DNA of 21,929 bases, taken from the NCBI GenBank assembly GCA_044226625.1, contig JBGAGQ010000083.1, positions 1 through 21,929 on the forward strand, in the 5' to 3' direction. Under the pieces are notes generated by a model. The model searched no databases. It had not been told where the DNA came from and saw only the letters and a program-made list of their open reading frames with translations. Positions 1-8,600 of the stretch are shown here, piece after piece. The stretch comes from Thermoanaerobaculia bacterium (GTDB lineage: Bacteria > Acidobacteriota > Thermoanaerobaculia > Multivoradales > UBA5704). Both the position numbers and the translations under genes were made by a program. Position 1 is the first letter of the stretch, and each line of letters opens with the position of its first letter.

Positions 1-410
1 TCGAAGATTCGAAAATCGGCCGGATTGCAGGTAATCAGCTCTCCGACGTCATGCGCAAGGAGCGACGCCGCGAAAAGGGTGTCTGCAATGCGTTTTCGCC
101 CAAGCTTGTACTTCTCCAAGAGGGCGAACGCGGCGACGCTGGTTTCGGCGTTCAAAGCGACACAATCCACATTCGGATGTTCGAGATAGAACCGAGCCAC
201 AGCGAGCGCCTCGCTGATCGCGACCGGGGGCTCGAACCGGCGGCCGTCGGTAACGACGTGCACGAACTCGTGAAGGATGGTGGGCGTGATGACCAACGTG
301 ACTTCGTCTTGATCGAGCTGATCGATCAAGAATCTCCTCACCGCGACATGATGAGGAAGCTACGGCATGTGAGCGTAAATCAGTACGTTGGTATCAAGCC
401 CACGCCTCAT
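1..410 (-). pseudogene. vapC: PIN-domain (VapC-like) toxin, interrupted by an in-frame TAG at codon 17; 3' end runs off the window
   Basis: Hand translation from ATG at 410: MRRGLDTNVLIYAHMP*LPHHVAVRRFL...PTILHEFVHVVTDGRRF...RIADTLFAASLLAHDVGELITCNPADFRIF. The PIN motifs DTNV, E, D and TxNxxDF are all in one frame. TAG is at 362-360. The start overlaps the antitoxin stop (ATGA). Missing from the ORF track. Confidence 0.85.
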
Positions 411-658
411 CGCGAGGCGGAATCTTCAAAGGAAAGCATCTCCTCAACCAGCTCGGTGCGCGTGGGGAGCTCAGCCGTCGGTCGATGTCCACGGAGCAGG
501 GGGAACTCCTGGCTCCCCCTTTTGATCGCTCTTGGGGATCGCCGGAAGAACGTCATTGCCTCCTGAAGCAATTGCTCGATCGGGCGCTGCCGTTCCTCGG
601 CAACTTCCCGAATCGCCTCGTACTCAGAGTCGGTGACGACGACTTTGAGAGTTCTCAT
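407..658 (-). CDS. Putative antitoxin (CopG/ribbon-helix-helix-like N-terminus), 83 aa
   Basis: Small ORF MRTLKVVVTDSEYEAIREVAEERQRPIEQLLQEAM with a strand-helix-helix pattern, directly upstream of and ATGA-coupled to the PIN gene. Confidence 0.8.
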   Translation of the reverse strand: MRTLKVVVTDSEYEAIREVAEERQRPIEQLLQEAMTFFRRSPRAIKRGSQEFPLLRGHRPTAELPTRTELVEEMLSFEDSASR

Positions 659-665
659 GCTCGGC

Positions 666-671
666 AGTATA
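666..671 (-). promoter_or_regulatory. Putative -10 box (TATACT) of a leaderless TA transcript
   Basis: TATACT-gccgagc-ATG(658), a 7 nt gap, with no Shine-Dalgarno at normal spacing. Confidence 0.5.
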
Positions 672-678
672 TCCCCTT

Positions 679-1206
679 TTACTGGACCTCGATGTTGGTC
701 ACCAACGAGTAGTACACCGGGACGGGCTTGCCCGCGAGGGTCGCCGGTTTGAACTTCGCCGCGCGGAGCGAGGCGGTGACGGCGGCGTCGATATCCTCGT
801 CGAGGCCCTTCAGGACGCGAAGGTTGGAAATCTTTCCCGTTTCGTCGATCACGGCCTCGACGATCACCACACCCGCCTTGCGATTCTTCCTGCGGTTCAG
901 GGCGTCAAAGTCGATCGGCCCCTTGGAGAGCAGGACGGGGCGGGTGACCTCGCCTCCGACGCGCAGCGGTTCCCGCTCGGGAGCGGCGGAGGGGGACGGC
1001 TCGGAGGCCTGCGGTTCGGAGGTCGCCGGGACCGCCGCGGTTTCCATAGCGCTCGTCGAAGGGGGAGTCGGAGCAGGCGCCGCGGGCCGATCGGCTTGCG
1101 CTTCGGCCCCTGGCTCGGCCTGGGTCGGGGCGGGTTTCTCCTGCAGCAACGGGCATGCGGATGCGAGGAGGGCGAGCGCGGCGAGGGCGACGAGAGACGT
1201 TTTCAA
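679..1206 (-). CDS. TonB C-terminal domain protein (energy transducer TonB family), about 175 aa, possible lipoprotein
   Basis: C-terminal GVVIVEAVIDETGKISNLRVLKGL...LRAAKFKPATLAGKPVPV is the TonB_C pattern, preceded by a Pro/Ala-rich linker. Start reassigned to TTG at 1206, which follows GGAGGAGG and gives MKTSLVALAALALLASAC. Confidence 0.85.
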   Translation of the reverse strand: MKTSLVALAALALLASACPLLQEKPAPTQAEPGAEAQADRPAAPAPTPPSTSAMETAAVPATSEPQASEPSPSAAPEREPLRVGGEVTRPVLLSKGPIDFDALNRRKNRKAGVVIVEAVIDETGKISNLRVLKGLDEDIDAAVTASLRAAKFKPATLAGKPVPVYYSLVTNIEVQ

Positions 1207-1321
1207 AAGGACCTCCTCCAGGTTTCTTCGGAGCCTACCCCGGCGATCGACCTCGCCGCCACGGCGCGATAACGACCGATCCGCGCACCCTCCCTCATGA
1301 CACCATCCAAAGGAGAACTCC

Positions 1322-3079
1322 ATGCCGAGACCGTCGCTCTCGCTCGCCGCCCTCCTGCTCTCCGTCGCTCTCCTCGCCCCCCTCGCTCCCCGTCCTGCCC
1401 ACGCCGAAGAGGGATGGACCCAATGGGGACACGACGCCACCCACCGCGGACAGGTCGCGGTCGCGGGGCAGCCGCTCGATCGTCTGATCGCCGATCTGGT
1501 CTACGAGCCGTTCGTCGAGCAGGAGCGCGCCGAGCAGTTCGGCGTGCTCACGCCCCACTATCAGGTGCCGTTGGTCGAAGGCGACGACGTGTACATGGAA
1601 TGGAAGACGGGAACCTACGCCTCCTGCGATCCGCCCGGCTGGATGACCACCGAGCCGTGCGGCGTCAACACCTGGAATACCCAGATCTGGAACCAACGGC
1701 GCCTCCATTGGCAGGGCGGGCACCTGATCGAAAAATGGAACTTCGCGAGCGATTGGAAACCCGCGCCGGTGCCGGCGCTCAACTTCCTCGGCCCGTCGGA
1801 GCCGGTCTTTCACGCTCTCCTCTCCGGCGACCACGTCTACGTACCTGGAGGGTCGGGCACGCTCTGGAAGCTCGCGAAAGGGAGCGGCCACGTGGTCGCG
1901 CGGATCAACCCGTTTTCCGCCCTCGATCCCCACGCCTACACGGTCGGCCCTCCGGTCGCCGATCGGGAAGGGAACGTTTTCTACCAGGTGATCCAGTTCG
2001 CGGCGACGGACCCGTTCGTCAACGACATCCGCGACGCCTGGCTGGTCCGGGTGCGGCCGAACGGCTCGGTCCGGAAGGTGCGCTTCGAGGCGCTCGCCCA
2101 CGGCGCTCCCGATCCGGAGGACGACTGCAAACTGGAGTTCGCCCCCGAGCAGCTCCCGTGGCCACCGAGCCCGACGGCGATCCCCCCGGGGGTGCCATGC
2201 GGCAAGCAGCGTCCGCCGGTAAACGCGGCCGCCGGCATCGGCCCGGACGGTACGATCTACGTGCCGAGCCGCGCCCATCGCGCCGATCGCTATTCCTACC
2301 TCCTGGCGATCCGGCCCGATCTCACGACGAAATGGGTGGCCTCGTTCCGCGAGCACCTCACCGACGGCTGCGGCACGCCGACCCTGCCGAGCGGCAGCCC
2401 TGGCGGTTGCGCGCCCGGGGCGCCGTTCGGCGTCGATCCGGCGACCAACGAACAGCCCGCCGGCCGCGCGGTCGACTCCGGAACGAACGCTCCCGTCGTC
2501 GCGCCGGACGGCAGCGTCTTCTTCGGCACGTACGGCGAGTACAACGGCTTTCGCGGCAAGCTCTGGAAGTTCGACCGGCACGGCCATTTCCGCGGCACGT
2601 TCGACTACGGGCTCGACGTGACGCCGAACCTATTCGTCCACGACGGCACCTATTCGCTGATCCTGAAAGAGAACCACTACGGCTTCGGCACCTATTGCGC
2701 CGATCCCACGTATTGCGCGCCGAACGAGGACCCGGCGTTCTACGTCACTCAGGTCGCGGCGGATCTCACGCCGGAGTGGCGCTTCCAGAACACGAACACC
2801 GAGAGCTGCATGCGCAACGAGGACGGCACGCTTTCCTGCACCTCCGACCACCCGTTCGGCTTCGAGTGGTGCATCAACGCCTCGGCGATCGACAAGCACG
2901 GCACGGTCTTCGCGAACAGCGAGGACGGCAACCTCTACGCGATCCGCCAGGGAGGCACCGAGAAAGACCGGATGTTCCTGCAGCTCGCTCTCGGCGCCGC
3001 CTACACGCCGCTTTCGATCGGCCCCGACGGCAAGATCTACACGCAGAACGCGGGACATCTGTTCGTGGTGGGACGCTGA
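1322..3079 (+). CDS. Secreted Cys-rich protein with PQQ-like/BamB-like beta-propeller repeats, function unknown, 585 aa
   Basis: AAGGAG RBS; signal peptide ending AHA|EE; WTQWGHDATHRG; blade-like repeats IGPDGTIYV, VAPDGSVFFG, IDKHGTVFANSEDGNLYAI, IGPDGKIY. Confidence 0.7.
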   Translation: MPRPSLSLAALLLSVALLAPLAPRPAHAEEGWTQWGHDATHRGQVAVAGQPLDRLIADLVYEPFVEQERAEQFGVLTPHYQVPLVEGDDVYMEWKTGTYASCDPPGWMTTEPCGVNTWNTQIWNQRRLHWQGGHLIEKWNFASDWKPAPVPALNFLGPSEPVFHALLSGDHVYVPGGSGTLWKLAKGSGHVVARINPFSALDPHAYTVGPPVADREGNVFYQVIQFAATDPFVNDIRDAWLVRVRPNGSVRKVRFEALAHGAPDPEDDCKLEFAPEQLPWPPSPTAIPPGVPCGKQRPPVNAAAGIGPDGTIYVPSRAHRADRYSYLLAIRPDLTTKWVASFREHLTDGCGTPTLPSGSPGGCAPGAPFGVDPATNEQPAGRAVDSGTNAPVVAPDGSVFFGTYGEYNGFRGKLWKFDRHGHFRGTFDYGLDVTPNLFVHDGTYSLILKENHYGFGTYCADPTYCAPNEDPAFYVTQVAADLTPEWRFQNTNTESCMRNEDGTLSCTSDHPFGFEWCINASAIDKHGTVFANSEDGNLYAIRQGGTEKDRMFLQLALGAAYTPLSIGPDGKIYTQNAGHLFVVGR

Positions 3080-3119
3080 TTCGAGATCCGGGCGGGAGCC
3101 TTCGCCCCTGAAGACGAAA

Positions 3120-3148
3120 CCGCCCGGCGGGTCGGCCCCGCCGGGCGG
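3120..3148 (-). terminator. GC-rich hairpin between convergent genes; probable intrinsic terminator for the minus-strand gene
   Basis: Perfect 12 bp stem CCGCCCGGCGGG/CCCGCCGGGCGG with a 5 nt loop, followed on the minus strand by TTTCGTCTTC. Confidence 0.6.
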
Positions 3149-3178
3149 AAGAGGCGAGCTTCGGAAGGCGCTCGCCGC

Positions 3179-5446
3179 TTACTGAAGACCGGGCTTGCGC
3201 TGGGCCGCGGCGCCGAACGCGGCGCGGGCCTTCGCCGCATCGGCCTCGGCCGTCGCGGCGTTCTCTTCGACGATGATCCGCATTCGGCGGATCGTGCCGT
3301 CGGGAGTCTGCCTCAGCTTGAGCACGATCGGCTGGTTCTCGGCGAGGGGTCCGGGCGCCTGTCCACGCCGTCCTCGCCGCCCTTCGAGCAGTTGGAATTT
3401 GTCCTTGCTCACGTGGTAGACGGTGCCGTCCGAAAGGCGGATCGTCACCGTATCGCCGGCCACCGTCAGTTGCGCGAGCGACGTCGCCCGGATCTGCTGC
3501 ACGGCCAGGCGGGCGGCCTCCGCCGAAGCCGCGCCGAGCGCCAGGGAGGCGACGAGCACGGGTGCCGCGAGGCCCTTCTTCCGGCGCAGGAGCAGGAAGC
3601 CCGCCGCGGCGGTGAGCGCGGCGAACAGAGCCTTGCCGTAATCGCCGAGCGTGGGAACCTCGACCACCGATTGGTTGTCGGTCGAGTCGGCGAGGATCGT
3701 CACCTGTTCGGTCGTCGTCGCACCGAGCGCGGCGCCGCCGGTCGGACCCGAGATCGACACGGTGAAGGTCTCGTCCGGTTCCGGATCGGGATCGTCGACG
3801 ATCGTTACGTTGATCGATTTCGGGGCGCCGTCGCCATCCGCCCAGTTGAGAGTCGTCCCGCCGGGGATCGCGCCGTAATCGCCGGGGGCGATCGCCGAGC
3901 CGTCCGCCGAGGAAATCGTCACCGAGACGGCGCCGTCCGTGCCGCCGGTCCGGGTCGCGGTGATCGTCACCGTACCCGCGTTCTCGCCCACCGAGACGAT
4001 GTTCATCGTGAGTTCGATCGTGCCCGGCGTGCGCAGCTCGACCGCTCCCATGTCGAGGCGACCGCCGGTCACGCGAGGCAGCCCCCGCTGATCCGTCGCG
4101 GGAGGCGGCACGAACGCCGGATCGCCCGCGTTCACCGCCGGGCTGGTGGCGGCGGGCAGCTGGGTGAAGGTCAGGCCGCCGTTGTTTGCCAGAGGGCCGA
4201 GCTGCGGATCCTGGTTCAGCACGTTACCTCCGCCGTCGACGATCCCGGCCCCCCCTGGCGCCTCGACGAGGTCGAACGCCAGGTTGAACGTTCCGCCGGA
4301 CAGGTCGGGATCCGTGACCGCCGTGTTGTCGGCGACGATGGAGTTCCGGATCGGAAGGGACCCGTTGACCAGCAGGACGCCGCCGCCGATTCCCGCGGAG
4401 TTGCCGGCGATCGTCGAGTGACGGATCTCCGACGTGCCGGTGTAAAGGCTGTAGAGGTAGATACCGCCCGCGGGAAGGCCTCCCGTCGTCTGATTGCCCG
4501 AAACCGTGGAGTTTTCTACGGTAAAGGGTTCTACCGGCAGGTAGAAGAACATGCCGCCGCCAACCAGGCCCGTGTTGCCGCTCACGGTCGAGCCGGTGAA
4601 CGACGCGCTGCCGTAGCTGAAGAAGAATTCGACTCCGCCTCCCGGAGCCGCGGCGGTATTGCCCGAGACGGTGGTGTCGTTGAAACTGACCGGGCCCACC
4701 GGAATGTAGAAATAGACGCCGCCGCCGCGGTTGCCGGCCGTGTTGTTGGCGATCGTCGAGTTGTCGAACGAAACCGAGGCCGCCGTCGCCACGTACACGG
4801 CGCCCCCGCTCGAGGACGCGGTATTCCCGGTGATCCGCGAGTTCTGGACCTTGAGCGCCATGTCGGTGCCCGTGATCGCGAGACCGCCGCCACCGACCGT
4901 CGCCGTGTTGTTGCGGACCGTTACGTCGTCGAGCGTGAGGTTCTCGCCGAAATCGACGATGCCGCCCCCGAACGCCGCCACGCCGCTGTCGATCGTCAGA
5001 CCGGAGATCGTGACGTCGATCAACGAGGACGGGTTATAAAGATAGAAGACGCGGGAGGCGCTGTTGCCCGAGACCGAGAGCACCGCGGCACCCGGCCCCT
5101 GGATGGTCACCGAATCCGCGATCGAGAGCTGGCCCGACGTGAGGAGGATGGTTCCCGAAAGGCCCGCTTGAAAATCGATCGTGTCCGCCCCGGCGGCGCC
5201 GTTGGCGTCGGTGATCGCCTGGCGCAAGCTGCCGGAGCCCGAATCGCCCAGATTGGTGACGGTGAAGGTCGCCGCTTCGGCCGGGGCTCCCGCGAGCGCG
5301 GCAGCCCCGGCGAGCCCCGCGAGCCCGACTCCGAGCGCGGCGGTAGCCGGCGCTTTCGCCGCTGGCGGGGAGAGCTTCTCCTTCTTGCGACGTTTCGCTT
5401 CGGCGAGTTGTCCTCGGCCGCGCGCTGCCGGTCGACTCGATTCCAT
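3179..5446 (-). CDS. Surface/secreted protein: parallel beta-helix (Pmp-like) repeats, choice-of-anchor Q region, Calx-beta domain, IPTL-CTERM-like signal and a C-terminal extension, 755 aa
   Basis: Signal peptide ending PAEA|ATFTVT; DSGSGSLRQAI; repeated (S/T)GNTA..GGG; DPQLGPLANNGG..T...SPAVNAG...TDQRG..R....DMGAVE; VGENAGTVTITATRTGG...IVDD...EPDETFTV; VPTLGDYG-hydrophobic-RRKK at residues 597-624. Confidence 0.85.
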   Translation of the reverse strand: MESSRPAARGRGQLAEAKRRKKEKLSPPAAKAPATAALGVGLAGLAGAAALAGAPAEAATFTVTNLGDSGSGSLRQAITDANGAAGADTIDFQAGLSGTILLTSGQLSIADSVTIQGPGAAVLSVSGNSASRVFYLYNPSSLIDVTISGLTIDSGVAAFGGGIVDFGENLTLDDVTVRNNTATVGGGGLAITGTDMALKVQNSRITGNTASSSGGAVYVATAASVSFDNSTIANNTAGNRGGGVYFYIPVGPVSFNDTTVSGNTAAAPGGGVEFFFSYGSASFTGSTVSGNTGLVGGGMFFYLPVEPFTVENSTVSGNQTTGGLPAGGIYLYSLYTGTSEIRHSTIAGNSAGIGGGVLLVNGSLPIRNSIVADNTAVTDPDLSGGTFNLAFDLVEAPGGAGIVDGGGNVLNQDPQLGPLANNGGLTFTQLPAATSPAVNAGDPAFVPPPATDQRGLPRVTGGRLDMGAVELRTPGTIELTMNIVSVGENAGTVTITATRTGGTDGAVSVTISSADGSAIAPGDYGAIPGGTTLNWADGDGAPKSINVTIVDDPDPEPDETFTVSISGPTGGAALGATTTEQVTILADSTDNQSVVEVPTLGDYGKALFAALTAAAGFLLLRRKKGLAAPVLVASLALGAASAEAARLAVQQIRATSLAQLTVAGDTVTIRLSDGTVYHVSKDKFQLLEGRRGRRGQAPGPLAENQPIVLKLRQTPDGTIRRMRIIVEENAATAEADAAKARAAFGAAAQRKPGLQ

Positions 5447-5533
5447 GCTGAGGCCACCTTCCTGCGGAGGTCACCCGCTCCAGGCACCCGCTCGGGCGCA
5501 ATCTCGGATTGATCGACGTATTCTGCCCTAAAG

Positions 5534-5560
5534 AGACGCCCGATACTATTCCAGGTTTCC
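5534..5560 (-). promoter_or_regulatory. Possible ECF-sigma promoter for the surface protein gene
   Basis: The minus strand reads GGAAAC-N16-CGTCT, resembling the AAC/CGT signature of ECF promoters. Confidence 0.3.
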
Positions 5561-5645
5561 ATTGGATTCCGTACCGATCGCACTCTCGGCCGACATCGAC
5601 GCGCTTACAATGCGCCAGTACCCCGATGGAAAGGACCGCTGCCCC

Positions 5646-8600
5646 GTGAAGCTCGACACCGAGTTCGTCCAGCTGCCTCTGCTTTTCGACGCCGCCCGCC
5701 TCGCCGCCGAGGTGGCAGCGATCCCGGAGGTCGACTGGCGGCCTCACCCCCAAGGGCATCCGGGCAACTCCGCCCTGCCGCTGATCGCGAGCGGCGGCGA
5801 TCCGGGCAACGACTCGACCAAGGGCGCGATGCGGCCAACGCCGCACCTCGCGCGGCTCCCGTACCTGCGCCAAGCCCTCGCGACCTTTGGCACCCCCTTC
5901 GGCCGCACCCGGTTGATGCGCCTCGACGGCAACGCCGAGGCGACGCCGCACACCGACACCAACTATTACTGGTTGCGCCGAGTGCGCCTCCATCTGCCGC
6001 TCGTCACCCGCCCGGAGGTCGAGTTCCTGTGCGGCGAGCGCAGCGTCCACATGGCAGCCGGCGAGGCCTGGATCTTCGACACCTGGAAGACGCACAACGT
6101 CGTGAACCCCCATCCGACGCGGCGCATCCACCTGGTTGCCGACACGGTCGGCAGCGCAGGATTTTGGGACCTGGTGGCGCGCGGCCGGCGGCCCTTCGCG
6201 CCCGGCGACGCCGCGTTCTCCCCGCGCGAGGTGCCGTTCGATTCCGACTCCGAGCCCGCGCTGGCTTTCGAATCGGTGAACCAGCCGGTGGTGATGAGCC
6301 CCTGGGAACAGGAGGCCCATCTCGCGTTCCTGTTCCAAGAGCTCGAGAACGCCGCGGTCTCTCGCCCCGGTCGGCTTGCCGAGCTGCGCGCACTTCTCGA
6401 CCGCTTTCGGTTCGACTGGGGGGCTCTCTGGGCGCTTCACGGAGAGAACGCTTCCGGCTGGCCCGCCTACCGCGAGCGCCTGGCCGACCTGGACCACCGG
6501 CTCGGCGGGTTGGCGGGCGAGCTGCGCCTCTCCCAAGGCGCCGACGCGGTCGAGATCGTGCGCCAGATGGTGCTGCGCCCCGCGCTCAATCCCGATCTCG
6601 CCGAGCGGCACCCCGTGGAGAGTCGGAGCGCTCCCACGATTCCCGCCATTCCCGCCGAAACCCCGCCCCGTTCAGCCCATCGTCCGGCCCCCGCGGCGGC
6701 GGACGCCGGCCCGCTGTTCGACCGGCCGATCTTCTTGGTCTCGGCGCCCCGCTCGGGGTCGAGCCTGTTGTTCGAGACGCTCGCCCAGGCGCCCGGCCTC
6801 CTCTCGATCGGCGGCGAGAGCCACGCGGCGATCGAGCAGATCGAAGCGCTGCATCCGCGCCGGCACGGCTGGGACTCGAACCGGCTGACCGCGGCCGACG
6901 CCACGCTGGAGAGCATCGCGCGGCTCACCGAGAGTTTCCGCGCCCGGCTGCGCGACCGGGACGGCAATGCGCCCGACCCCGGCGCGCGCGGCCTACGCTT
7001 CGTCGAGAAGACCCCAAAGAACGCTCTTCGCGTGCCGTTTCTCGCCGCCGCGTTTCCGGACGCATGCTTCGTCTATCTCTACCGCGATCCGCGCGAAACC
7101 GTGTCCAGCCAGCTCGACGCCTGGCGCTCCGGCCGCTTCGTCACCTACCCCGACCTGCCGGGTTGGAGCGGCCCGCCCTGGTCGCTGCTGCTGGTTCCGG
7201 GTTGGCGCGATCTCGCCGAGCTTTCCATGGCCGAGATCGCCGCCCGCCAATGGTCGATCGCGACCGCCCAGCTGGTCGCGGACCTCGAAGCCCTCCCCGC
7301 GGGCTCTTGGTGCGTCGCGAGCTACGACCGTCTCGTCGCCGAGCCGCGGGCCGAGATCGCGCGGCTCGCCGAGTTCCTCGAGCTGCCGTGGGATCGCGAG
7401 ATCCACGCGCCGCTGCCGCTCTCGCGCCATACGCTCACCTCGCCCGAGCCGGAAAAGTGGCGACACAACGCAGAAGAGCTCCGCCCCGTCCTGCCGCTGC
7501 TCGAGGAATCCGCGGCGCGGGCGCGCGACCTATTCGCCCAGGCACCGGCGGTCCGCCCGGCCCGGCCCCGCTCGCGGGCCGAGGCGCCGCGCCCGCTCGC
7601 TCCTCCTCCGGCTCCGGCCGCCGCCGGGATCGGTTCGCAAGGGGCGCCTCCAGCGGCCCAGACAGCCCCCACCGATTCGCCCGAAGACTTCCGCAGCGTC
7701 TTCACCGCGAACCTCCCCGAGCTCTTCACCGCGCTCCGTTCCTCCCTGCTGGTTTCGACCTACCAGAGCGGGCGGCTGATCGCGGTGCGCGCGGGTAACG
7801 GCGAGCTCAACACCCACTTCCGCGCCTTTCCGAGCCCGATGGGGATCGCGGTCGGCAAGAAGTCGCTGGCGCTCGGCACCCTGCGCCACGTCTGGAGCTA
7901 CTATAACCAGCCCGAGGTAGGGCGCCGCCTTTCGCCCCCCGACCGGCACGACGCCTGCTTCCTACCGCGCCAGGCGATGGTGACCGGCGACGTGCGAATC
8001 CACGAGCTGGCCTATGCGGGCGAGGAGCTCTGGATGGTGGCCACCCGCTTTTCGTGCCTCGCCACGCTCGACGGCGAGCACAGCTTCGTACCGCGCTGGC
8101 GGCCGCCTTTCGTCTCCGCCCTCTCCCCGGACGACCGCTGCCATTTGAACGGGCTCTGCGTGATCGACGGCCGCCCCCGTTTCGCCACCGCGCTGGGCGC
8201 CACGAATACGCCGCAAGGCTGGCGCGAGAACAAGACGACGGGGGGTGTCCTGATCGACGTCGAAAGCGGCGACCTCGTGGCCCGCGGCCTCGCAATGCCC
8301 CATTCGCCGCGCTGGTACGCGGACCGGCTCTGGGTGCTCGAATCGGCGAAAGGCGAGGTCGGGGTCGTCGATCTCGGATCGGGCCGCGTCACCACGATCG
8401 CGCGGCTCCCCGGCTTCACCCGCGGGCTTGCGTTCCTCGGGCCGTACGCATTCGTCGGCCTCTCGCAGGTCCGCGAGACCCAGGTGTTCAGCGACCTGCC
8501 GCTCTCGGAGCGGGTGGCAGAGAAGCTGTGCGGAGTCTGGGTGCTCGACATCCGCTCCGGCCAGCTGGTCGGTTTCCTCCGCTTCGAAGGCAAAGTCCAG

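Noticed and set aside
360-362. Genome-wide TAG recoding as the explanation for the amber codon
   Set aside because: TAG is the normal terminal stop of several genes here (8721-8723, 9194-9196, 15995-15997), and there are no pyl genes in the window.
51-566. 171 aa plus-strand ORF
   Set aside because: Antisense to the PIN toxin and antitoxin, with no recognisable motifs.
1207-1440. N-terminal extension of the TonB-domain ORF
   Set aside because: It overlaps the divergent gene at 1322; a strong RBS and signal sequence support TTG at 1206.
5370-5400. KRRKK in the surface-protein leader as a Tat motif
   Set aside because: It does not fit S/T-R-R-x-F-L-K and is separated from the hydrophobic region by a Pro/Lys spacer, so it is treated as an extended basic n-region.
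3392-5512. 706 aa plus-strand ORF, and similar long shadow ORFs (1297-3111, 5034-6611, 6029-7798, 9427-11994)
   Set aside because: Arg/Gly/Pro-rich alternate-frame or antisense ORFs of the kind expected from GC-rich codon usage. They overlap well-supported genes.
5447-5560. Possible c-di-GMP riboswitch in the surface-protein leader
   Set aside because: No recognisable class I or class II consensus by eye.
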